Shown one piece after another: positions 50,840-62,123 of a stretch of 64,000 bases of DNA (position 1 is its first letter; each line of letters starts with the position of its first letter). The position numbers and the translations under genes were made by a program. The DNA lies in NCBI RefSeq assembly GCF_037042905.1, contig NC_087245.1, positions 2,110,001 through 2,174,000 of the forward strand, written 5' to 3'. The notes beneath the pieces were generated by a model, which saw only the letters and a program-made list of their open reading frames with translations, had not been told where the DNA came from and did no database searches. The DNA is from Lytechinus pictus. Taxonomy: Eukaryota.

Positions 50840-52512
50840 ATATACAAATATATCAGGCTTTGAGAAAGTATAGTGGGAATTATTTATCAGAGGTTGGACT
50901 GGCAATCACTATTTTCCCCAGGGGGCGAAGCCCCACGGGAAAAATTGTTTCACTAGGCGGTGCTGCACCATCCGGAGTTTGCTCAATCTCGAGATTTTAG
51001 CCCGATCGGCCCACTTCGCGATTAATCTCGAGATTCAAGAAACCCCGTCTGCACCATCGCAAGACAGCGATTCCTGCTCGAGCGAGGCAACAAACCCGAT
51101 ATTCCGAGCATGCGCACTTTCGGATCTTGGAGTTTCAACGGCCTGCGCTTTTGAATAACTTCCCGCGATATGCAAGCAATGTACTCCTTTCACTAGCACT
51201 TTCGCCGAATTCGACCGGTGTTATGCAACAATCCTCTCAGCTCAGCGAGTGAAGAAGTGATGTATTCTTCGTTAAATATGATGGCGGAGTAGGAGGCAAC
51301 GACAGAGAGAGAGAGAGGGGGAGAGAAGGAGGAAAGAAGGAGGAAAGAAATGCTATTTGCTCACATTTTGCGAAGGATTAAGACGACACTGCTGTCAGTG
51401 TTGTTATTGAATATGACCATCGTCGATGAGCGCCTCCCCTGGTCTCTCCCAAAATCCATTCACTGGTGGGACACCATCATTGCTGATTAGGCAATTGATG
51501 AACGCTATTCGCGATAAATCTATTCGCATGTATAAAGTTGACTTTCGCACGTGTTTATGTTTTGACCAAGGCGGAAGTGGAACGCGAATTGCATTATGGA
51601 CTGACGTCATGAATAAATTACCCCGAGTCCAATCTCGAGTGCGTCTGCACCTATGAATTAGCAGGATAATTCATAAAATAGCGCGCTATTTTGCAAATAA
51701 ACCCGAGTTGACTTGGGATTGCAATCTCAAGATTAATCCTACGAACTAGCGCGATAATTGCGTCTCCACTGCAAACTATCTCGAGATTTTTCAGATCGGG
51801 ATAATTTGCCGGATCAGAAATAGCGCGCTAATTTGAAAACTCGGGATGGTGCAGACGGCCCTACTGCCAGTCCTAAAGAAACGCCTGATATATTTGTTTT
51901 ATATCCCTCTTTAACTTGTAGACCTAGTCCTTGCTGATTTGCAACCAATCTAGACCAATTCTAATTTTGCCGGACCTAGTCCTAACTAGTCTTAGGCCTT
52001 TCGAGCTAATGCCTGCCAGTCCCTAGGTAGATTGCGTGCGGTTTCTACCCGACTGCAGTTAATGAGAGGTATGCTGCGCTGCTGCAGTTGCACTCAGTGA
52101 CAGTCTCAGGGTAATTTTGTAAGCGTGCAGGTTAACTTATTTTTAAGACTCTCGTATCGGACTTTGACTCATCTTCCACGTATGCTATTTTACCATCAAT
52201 TTAGGTGTCTTGTATGAATGGCCGTCACGGAATTATATTTCTTGCATGATAATCTAGACCCGATTCTACACTGTTCAAATTGTCGGTAAATAATTTGAGC
52301 GAGATCTGGATATGATCCGGTCAAGTCAGGGAGCATGCGCAGTACTCCCCATAAAAGTATATATCGAAGAATATACAGAGCTGGAAGAAAACTATATGGA
52401 ACTATTTGCAGCAGTGTATTTCCTATTGAAATTATTCTTTGTCACATGATCATGAATTGACAAATCGTAATATAGAAAACTCATGAATATTCATGAGAGG
52501 GATATGATAAAC
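50840..52512. mobile_element. Palindromic non-autonomous element, possibly Crypton-like (host of nested MITE)
   Basis: Inverted pairs ACAAATATATCAGGC / GCCTGATATATTTGT and GGACTGGCA / TGCCAGTCC around the hairpin TTTTCCCCAGGGGGCGAAGCCCCACGGGAAAA; second pair TATCCCTCT / AGAGGGATA; no TSD seen. Superfamily is inference. Confidence 0.55.
50956..51860. mobile_element. PIF/Harbinger-type MITE nested in palindromic element
   Basis: TIR GGCGGTGCTGCACCATCC / GGATGGTGCAGACGGCC; TSD CTA/CTA; ATCTCGAGAT palindromic repeats; internal (GA)n. Confidence 0.88.
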
Positions 52513-53050
52513 TTTATACTTAGGATAATACCATTATGAATAACAACCCCCTTTATCTTTGTAGCAGATGTGGCAATATAATTTTCTGAATATAATAAGA
52601 CTTGTGGAGAAAAAGTATAGGCCGACTATATTCTTTCCTCTTGATTCTATATGCTGTCTATTATGGGTTTTGTATTGCAGTTTCTTTAATGGGTATTTAT
52701 ATTGATGTGAACAAATTCTTTTATATTGTTTATATCTCGTAGATTTAAGTTTCCTTAATGATCTCTGAGCAATATGTTGTTGGACAATAATCAGAACATT
52801 TTGTTGATACAGTCGTGTTTGCAACTGAAATATAGTATGTGAAATGTTGGATAGTAGGGAAGATCTGTCAGTATATCTCTTTTTTTAATGGAGATCAAAG
52901 CTTAGAAGGGAAATTCACCCAGATATTAAATTGCCTTTGACAAGCAATAAAATAAAGAAAAATATCAATTAAATAAATTAATCAAAACATATTCTTTGAT
53001 AATTAAAAAAGATATCAGATTTTTGATATTTTGTGAGCTACTTTGAATTT

Positions 53051-53180
53051 CATTTCATTTTTCATTTCATTTATTGATTTATTGAAGTCCATAAAAATAC
53101 AAAGAGCATATAGAAAATGACAAAAACATGATTGTAAAAAAAGTATTAAAAATTTTACCTATACATGCAGATATAGAAAA
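53051..53180 (-). mobile_element. Isolated 3' tail of CR1/L2-group LINE
   Basis: ATTTCATTTATTGATTTATTGAAGTCCAT identical to the tail at 58461; lies inside a decayed TTAA-type MITE (~52905-53390). Confidence 0.7.
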
Positions 53181-56100
53181 AAAAAACATTCAGGAATCAT
53201 GAATATGTAAATTTCTAGAATATCTTACACACATACGTAGAGGAGCTGGCCACAAACATGTTTTCATTTTGAACTGCATTATATCCACAACTCTCTTAGA
53301 TTATCATGGATTTTCATCTAAATTTAATTGGTATGCTTCTAATTGGTTTATTCTTTCATAATACCAAACTGTTCTAAGGATGGGCCCTTCCAGAGCCAGA
53401 AAGTATTTTAAGATGTTCTGCTAGGGTTACATTGAGTATGGTGGATATCAATTCTGTCCCATATTAATAGTTGTATGCTGCCCTCTTGTGATTGGTTTGT
53501 GCACTGCTTTATTCAGCTTGAACACTATTACAACCAAGCTACATGTAGGTCATTCATAGAGTGAGACTTCTGTATATGATTTTAAAACTAATTGATAGAG
53601 ATGTGAAACATGTAAAGTATTATTCTTATTACAGATAACATTTCTTTCTTTAAATTATTTTGCATTGTATGTAAAGAGGATTTTTTTTTTTTTTTTGGGG
53701 GGGTAATCTGTTGTAGGCCTTATGCTTAGTAAGAATAATTGTTGAATAGGTAATAGTGGAAAAGTCAGTAATAATTTAAATGTATGTGTAAAGTGGATGT
53801 AGTAGTAAAGGGGGGGGGGGCTGTGGAGGGGGCAATGATATTTACCACTGCAATTATCACCTAGATATGTACCTACTTCTAGATACTTGACTTAATAATA
53901 TGAAATAGAGAAAAAGTTGCAGTGTATATGAATAATAAATAAAAACCAATTGGACAAACTTCAAACGATATCACCAAGCAAATTCTCTCACGAGGAGGGG
54001 AAAATCAAGTTAAAATTTGTTTTTCATGATAATTCCCCTAACATTTTGAAAATTATATATTTTGAGTCCATAAAATATAAATGCTGCACTAAACCAGACT
54101 GTAGTAGAGCTTTGGTTAATATACTACATGGTTAACTGGTTTTTCTGACTGGTCCCACCCATCACCATATGTCCTCAGTATGAACCGGTGTTTGACTGGT
54201 GGTGTTCCGATGATGAATCTCATGGCTGATAGGGCATCTTGGCTTTAAGGGGTTCATCTCCCATGAAATGAGGAAACCAGCCAGGAGTTTGTTATTAATG
54301 CAGTTTGTCTACTTTATCAGTAACGCCTTTCTTTGTATGCTCTGTACTGCCTTACTGCCCATACACACAATATAGTAATGTATATCATTGTTGTTTATTC
54401 TGTATATTTTGTGTACTTTTTGAAGCAAAGTAGCATCTAAAAAGTCCTTTGGAAGTGCACAGAGATATTAGATGAAACATAATATTCACTATATGTACAG
54501 AATCTTATATTATTATTTTTTTCTCTCTAAGTATCGTACTAGATTTTTAAAATTCTTTAATTTGAGGTACTCTATTCACAGATTATGCATCGTAATTGTT
54601 TGTGTTTGAAATATTCTCATTGAGATTTGGTCAATGCATTACTAAGACTTACACTTCTTAAAACCATATAGATAAGTCAGTTTATATTCAAATAACCATT
54701 CATGAAGTCTTATTTTGTGTCTTTATGAAACGAAAAATGAAAAAGCTCTTTTAAGAAGGAAATAAAAATGAAATTCTTTAACCTTAGAACTGTATTATTT
54801 CTCCTCAAAATCATGTCACATGATCAACCTTCAAGTCATCCTCGTTATCCATCCTTCTGCTCATCTGTCTATTCGGATGACGAACTTCACTTCATCAATC
54901 TCAAAAACACAAATTTTCTCCCAAATAATTTACTTAATGCAGGGCAGGCTAGTGACGATTCCCCTGTGATTGGCTTAAATGACTCCCGGGGCGACCGTGG
55001 TTTAGATGATTCTTGTCTTCCATTAAATAGATGTGTGTCAAATCAGATTAATGGAGTGGCTATGCCTGTCGGCAAGGCTACCTCTTCTTTTTTTTTCTTT
55101 TCTTGTTACTCAAACTGCGAAGTGGACAGGCTGAATAGAAGATTAACCATAATTTTTCATAACAGATTGGTGGACAAATTGCAGGAATAAGCTGAATGAA
55201 AGCTTATTGTGTATTGTATATTTTGCTTCTATTTTTTTTCCACTGTAGGTGATTATCATTATATTTTTAGTAACTATAGGATGATCTGAGGACCTATTAA
55301 ACTAAATAGTTCGCCTCAGTATTATTAATTACTGTTTATGGATAGTTAGAAGTGTTGTAGTTGAAATTATGATTGTAAGACCGAGCTTGTTATGAATAGT
55401 AAGTTCATAATTACACTTCGATTGATGTTTCTAGATATTTTTTATGTATTGGGTAGAACTATTTATAAGGCAAAATATTTAAGGCTATCTCACATTAGTT
55501 TAGACATAGAAAAGTACTAGAAATTCAACCAGTCCTTGTTTACGAAGTAGGACTGTGTGCATAACCTTGCGCCCACTTTCACCATACATGAATGCAGTAA
55601 ACATCAACCAATCACACACCTTGCTTGGAAGATGATTCTAACCAATCAAGTGTGATGATGACTGGTCAAGCGGATGTAATGGCCCAGAGAATCACCGCTT
55701 GCACCATTTTCTAACCAGTCACAAGAATACTTAGCAAATAATATAGATGCATTTGTGTCTTGTAAACCGTCTTATTGAAGTCCCTTGGGGTGTTCAAAGA
55801 AACCAATCATTCATCTTCTTTGATTGCATTTAATTTTGGAAGCTTCAAGTCCGAGGTTCCTTGTGGGATAAAGCTTCACGACATTCATAAAAGCCCAATG
55901 TTTTATAAAGAATGGAGATTAAATGTTTAAGATCTTTCATTTAATTTTATTCATTTTTTCTTTTATTTCTTTGGTTCCACTCATGTCAATTTTCCCTGCA
56001 TCAAGTTTAAAAAGATAATCAAATGCTATATATTTTCGTGATTATATTTTTATGATTTTTTACTCATTCAAAATCTCAATGATTTGTTTTTATTTTCAGG

Positions 56101-58460
56101 ATTTTCCTATTTTCTTGTACTGCAATATCATTGTACAAAAGTGACAATTTTGAACTTAGGATATTAGCCATGAATTAAAACCAGAAGATATTTATCTAAT
56201 AGTTTTAGAACATGTTCAGTTTCTAAATGTTGGATAGATGGACAGATTGGGATTGAGAGATATACATTCAGTCAGATCATTCACTTGGCGGTGATCCTTT
56301 ATGGTGATATCTCACAAGAATATAAATGTAGGGCATTTCTTATGACGTGATAGAGGATTCATTGTCACCCAATGACGTTATGATGGCTTTAAAAGGCTAC
56401 TTATACATGTAATTACACTACAGGTGTTTGCTCACTGTCAAAAGCTGATGTATACTACTTCATCCTAATGAAAAATGTCTAAATTATTATAATTAGCACG
56501 ATGAGGAATAGAGAGAGCTTTTTGTAATGAAAATGGATCTTAATTACGCTATGTTTGATTTCACACAGTTAATATGTTATGAGAAAGATTTATTTTTAGC
56601 TGTGACTAAAATGAAATTCTCAAGTGACTAATTTTATTGAAAATTTTGTGGAGTGCACAAAGGTAAAGTATTCTCTTTATTTGATGCCGGAATCAGTAAC
56701 AGCTTCATTGTTATCCTAGCCATTTTGTTGGCATTTATTCGCATCATTTTATAAAACTGTGTGAATTGTGAATTCAAATTTAAAGTAAAGCTTTCCTCTA
56801 TATCATATCATACAGTGCTGCCAATTGCACTTTAATATATGCACTTATCCTAATAGTAATATACCTAGTTTACTTGCAAGTTAGTGTACAGATATAGCAG
56901 CAAGCATGATTACTGTCTCTTAGATAGGACTGTTATCCAAACCATCATACTAAATTTAATTTGCTGCTGTAAACATTTTGAAATGATTTTTTTTTCTAAT
57001 TTGCCCTTGAATTAAAAATGTGCCATTTCTACAACAACAAAAATGGAACTTTCACCCAAAATAGAATCTGGCTTCCACTTTGATTGTGATTGTGTATATG
57101 CAAGGTTCAAGGTTTTCTCTTCCTAAGTAAAATACAATATCATTTATCAGAAAACAAGTGGAATGTGTTGCACTATTCCCTGAAAACTAGGACATTATTC
57201 ATAGAAATTGAGTATTAAAGTGATAATTTTGGAGTCCCATTGATTACCAGTCTGTGTGTAATGCAGCATCGTGAAATATTGGCAAAATTTTGTTTGAAAT
57301 CCTGGAAGGATTGATGCAGAAGAGAAGGGTTACTGTCACTGGTTATTGTATGCTGAGACGTAATTGAATTGTTTTATTGACCATGATGATGATTAATAGG
57401 TAGAATGGGAGATGAGTAGGTGTCAGGAGTGGGATGCTGAATCAAGATCATGGCTGATACAGAATGAAAGACAGAAATGAAGGTTAGAATGGATGAAAGT
57501 GTGAGTGGGACGAGAGAGAAAGAGTTAGAGGTGAGAATACACAGGAAATTAATAGACAGAAATGTTTAAAATCTGTTCATCTCTGCTCTATGACTTTGAA
57601 CATGTTAAAATAGTTGACATTGACACCACATAGATACACATAGATTCTATATTTTGTAATTTCTCTCTGAATTGTGATGTATTTGATGCTGATTTTCAGT
57701 CTCAAACTTGTTATAATCCTACTCAAAGGTCTAGAAATTCCAATAAATTTGTCTTGATTTCACATTGCTTCATTGAAAAATACCAAGCCAAGCTTGTAGA
57801 TGTGAAGTATAGCAGCACTTGAAGAGGGAAAGTAATAAGTAAAGGTTAACGTCTATACTCCTGTCTTTAATCAGGTATAATATGACAGTGACAGTACTTG
57901 ACAGATTTCTGTTTTCTTGCCATTCAGCATTTCCACTAGATTTGGTGAAAAATATGAAGCGTGAAAAAAAGGTGCACTTGTTCAAATGCAAAGAAGTAAG
58001 AATCTGTCCTGTTTTAAATGTGATTGACAAGTATGAAATGTTTCTTTATATGGAATATCAAAAAGTATTTAATGGCTATTCAGTTGGTCAATGTTTTTCT
58101 CTTAAAACAGAAAAGATCTATTTGAAAAAAGGCGGTTTGGGTCAGTAACTGAAAAGCACATTGTTCCATTCTTCAGGATTACTGACATAAGTTCAGAGCA
58201 ATAAAAAATCTTAAAGTGCGAAAGTAATTAAATGAGATACAGGCAAACCTCAATATTATATTTAGATTCTGAAAAGATCATAAAATCAAAAATATCTTTA
58301 CTGGGAAAAAACGTTAGTAAGCACGAGCACTGGAAAGTAGTTTTTTAGTAAATCGTTTGACAGCAAGTGCTTGTGCCCCTTTACAACGCGTAATTACGTC
58401 ATTATTTACGTCATTGTAGGCAATTACAGTTATACCAAATGAACGAGCTATCAAAACTCT

Positions 58461-59584
58461 ATTTCATTTCATTTATTGATTTATTGAAGTCCATTAAAAT
58501 ACATAGAGCAAAATGAAAATGACAAAAACATGAAAAGAAAAAAAGAAATAGACACTTTTTAGTAAGATGCAAGTAAGATAAAAAAAGTTAAGATTGTACG
58601 ATGCTATAATTTACAGTACATGCATAAAAATGAGCATGAAATGGGAAGCTGCAAAAGAAGAAAGCAAAGGTTCTGTCGAGGCAGTCCCTATGGACAGTAA
58701 AGTATAAAATTCAAGACTTGTACTAATAAAATAAACATATAATAATAAGGAAATATGATGGGATAAATTAAATTAAGATGTTGAATGGTTGTAAAGAAAG
58801 TTTTTCAGCTTGGATTTAAAGGAATTTATATATAAAATCTGTTTGATGTTACGGGGAAGAGAATTCCAAATGCAAGGTCCTTTGAATTTAAAAGAAAAGG
58901 AAGATGTTGTATTTTTACATTCTTCAACGTAATAATTTTCAGGATTTCTAGTGTTATAACTGTGCATTAATATTTTACATTTGATCATAGATGCATGATT
59001 ATACGGCACTTTATTTTGTTTATGTTTAAAAACCATTAATGTGACACAATATCGATTCAACTGATATACATTTTATTTAGGAAATTAAGTTTTTTTTAAA
59101 GTGGTTTTGAGGGAGCATTAAGATCAGACATGCAACATATTCTAACAATCTTTTGTAATTTCAACAATCCAAGGCGCCTGGTGAGATATGTGTTCGCCCA
59201 GACAGTGTTACAATACATTAAATAAGGCAAAATCATTGAGTTGTAAAGTAAAAGCAAAATATACTGTGGCAAGTAATGGTGCAGTTTGCTGATGACACCA
59301 ATATTCCTTGATATTCTATTTGATATGACTCATATATGTTAATTCCATGGTAAATGTTGGTCAATAACAACCCCTAGGAAATTTGCAGATTGCACACATT
59401 TTATGGCGACATTATTCATTTTGATGATTAAATTATTCAATAAGTCATCTGTAATTAAATTTTACTTATAACTAAAGTAAATTAAACTGGACTTTGATGT
59501 GTTAAGTGATAAATTATTACAATTAAATCATTTTGAGACATATTGTAATTCATCGTTCATAGTTTTCTTTAAGTCGTTAGCACT
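58461..59584 (-). mobile_element. 5'-truncated, decayed CR1/L2-group LINE (RT C-terminus, 3' UTR, microsatellite tail)
   Basis: Minus-strand translation gives TMNDELQYVSK*FNCNNLSLNTSKS, FLGVVIDQHLPWN, YLMYCNTVW and SFKFKGPCIWNSLPRNIK...SFKSKLK, with stops/frameshifts; tail AATAAATGAAATGAAAT. Confidence 0.9.
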
Positions 59585-60660
59585 AAAACACACACACACA
59601 CAAATATCGGTAGAAAATCGGGCTAACGCCCTTCTGCCAGCCTTCGAGCTAATGCCCTTCTGCCAGCTGTTTGACGAAATGTCTTTGAAAATTGTTTTTC
59701 TAGGGTTAAAAGTGTGTATATTGAATGCAGTAATTTCATTTCTCGCATTCACTATACCTCACATGGACTGAATATCAATAAGCATTTCTTTACCTCATTT
59801 CTTTCCTTTCAGTTAAAATCATCATTGACTGTTGATAAGACTATGTCTCCCAGATCAAATGTCTATCTTGCTTTTGTGAAAAGACAAAAGTCAAGTCTGT
59901 AAACATGATATGTAAAGGGGAAGAAGACAAACACAAATTTATGCACCTGGGACCAAAGTCCAATCGTCTATGTGCATCAAAACTTATTGGCTCAGACCTG
60001 AAAACACAAGCATCAAGTAATATTTGTGTTCTCGAAGAACTAACAATACCCTCCTATCCAGGGACCTATATTTAGGAATCTTTAGTGTGTTGGGTCTTAG
60101 TTTTAACCTGTCCTATATTGGATTAAATCATCAATAGAGGGGCTAACTGCGAAAGACAGATTGTCCTGATATCTTAAAAACTTAAGATTTTCATGGTTTT
60201 ACACTAGAAATAGATTAGAAATCTAGTATGATATCACCCATGCATCCATGATGTTTGTATGGTATCTGTTATGAGCAAATAGTATGACCTTGGTGCATAA
60301 GAATACATGTATAGAAACACAACATCCTTCCAGTTCTAATTAAGTGCAAGTATACTTACAAGGATTCTCAAAGTAAAATATTGGTAACTTAAACGTTAAC
60401 TACCGCCTCTGAAAAATCAAGGTGCTCATAGTGCTTGATAAAATGTATTTGTAAGAATTTGAGAATAGTTGTGAATCCATGTGTAAAACTGATAAAAGAT
60501 AGGCCTAAGTTGCAACTTATAATTATGCTCTTTAACAAAAACTAATATGCTTGCTATATATTCTGTATTTTGGGATTTGTATAAGATAGAGTGAGTTATA
60601 AACTAAAGACTATTCATTGATGCAGGAGTGCATGCCACCTACAAAATAAGTTCAGTTGCA

Positions 60661-61039
60661 ATTCGGTGGATTCACAATATGGTGCGCCATCTATCGGTTG
60701 CAGCGAATAGGCCAAATTTATAACTTTGAGGTCCACATCGCACGCAGGCAGCGCACAGTGCTAGTGCTTCAAAAATGAAAACCATATGGCAAGAATTCAC
60801 CAAAAACGGTCTAAATTTCGCAAAGAAATATGCAGGGAAATTTCTCTCCTACCACTTGCACCCTAGTAAACAGCATATCCGATCGAGCCGCGTCGGCCAG
60901 CGCTGAATAATCACATGCATCCATTCACTCTTAGTACTAGCATCTGAACAGATGTTGACCTTTTCCCATGATGCATTGTGAATTTTGGCCTATTCGCTGC
61001 AACCGATAGATGGCGCACCATATTGTGAATCCACCGGAT
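60661..61039. mobile_element. MITE with ~60-bp near-perfect TIRs
   Basis: CGGTGGATTCACAATATGGTGCGCCATCTATCGGTTGCAGCGAATAGGCCAAA and its exact reverse complement; TSD and exact ends unresolved. Confidence 0.85.
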
Positions 61040-62123
61040 AGTGCAGATCCAAAGTGACCATGCTCCATTTCAGAAACACATTGAAATTCTCTTATCAAAT
61101 GATCTTGCATATTTATCCTTACTTCCAAGGCAGACAGCTTGACATTGAGTACTTTGTAACAATTATTATTGTGCTAATTAAACTACACATTAGTTTCAAT
61201 CTTTTTAATGGTAATGTCAGATTTGCCCTCATCTTCTACTAGATAAAATAAAAAAATTGAAGTGCAAAGAGTGTGTGTATAGATTTTGTTTACGAGTTAC
61301 CTGGAATAGATCAGTACCTGTAGTTTGATGAAGTTTGACTGGCTCTTTGCCAGATATTGTAATTTGAATCACACAAAGGTTATCATTTTATTCTGCAATA
61401 GTTTATGGTTCATTGTAACATTATCAAAAACACTTTTGTGAAAATGGGCCTCAGATTCCATCATTCCTTGAAATAACAAATGATTAAAGAGCTTCATCAG
61501 TGCTTATTATTTAATGTGCAATTTGGACACAACTAGCACAGCATGCATGGAGTAATAACAACAAAATTCCTTGAATACTAATTCCCAAATCGGTGGATTA
61601 AAATGTCCAATAAAATTTTGCTATTTGAGATTCTGACTATTTCTTAGAGTCAACTTTCTTCTCTTCTGTTATTCTTCTTGTATTTCTTTTAAAAACATCC
61701 CCCACCTCATAAAGCTTTTTAAAGTTTGTACTCCTTTTTATCTAATCTTCTTTTCAAGTAATCTTGCCTCGCTTGACTGGAGGATAGACTAGTTCCAGAC
61801 TTTCCCATTTATTTGAAAGTTAGAAGAAAAGTTGAAGTTGAAGAAAAGCTGATCTGATCATGTACATGTACCTACATGTACAGTACTTACCTGTCTCTGT
61901 AATTGTGAGTAGCTAGCTGTACCCACCTACCTACCTGTATACTAAACATTTTCATTGTAGAAATCTTGCCAGCAGTTGAATTAATTAATATGCTTATGGT
62001 TACATTCACTCCGAAGCTACTCCTTTCCTTCTATCTCTCTCTTTCTGAAACGAACATTTTTATCAATTTATGAGTAGTCATTATTTATGTGCTTTTGTTA
62101 AAACCTGTTCATATGTTATTTAA

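Noticed and set aside
54768..55190. Longest ORF in the track (140 aa)
   Set aside because: Composition is typical of translated AT-rich non-coding DNA, it crosses a poly-T run, and it shows no domain.
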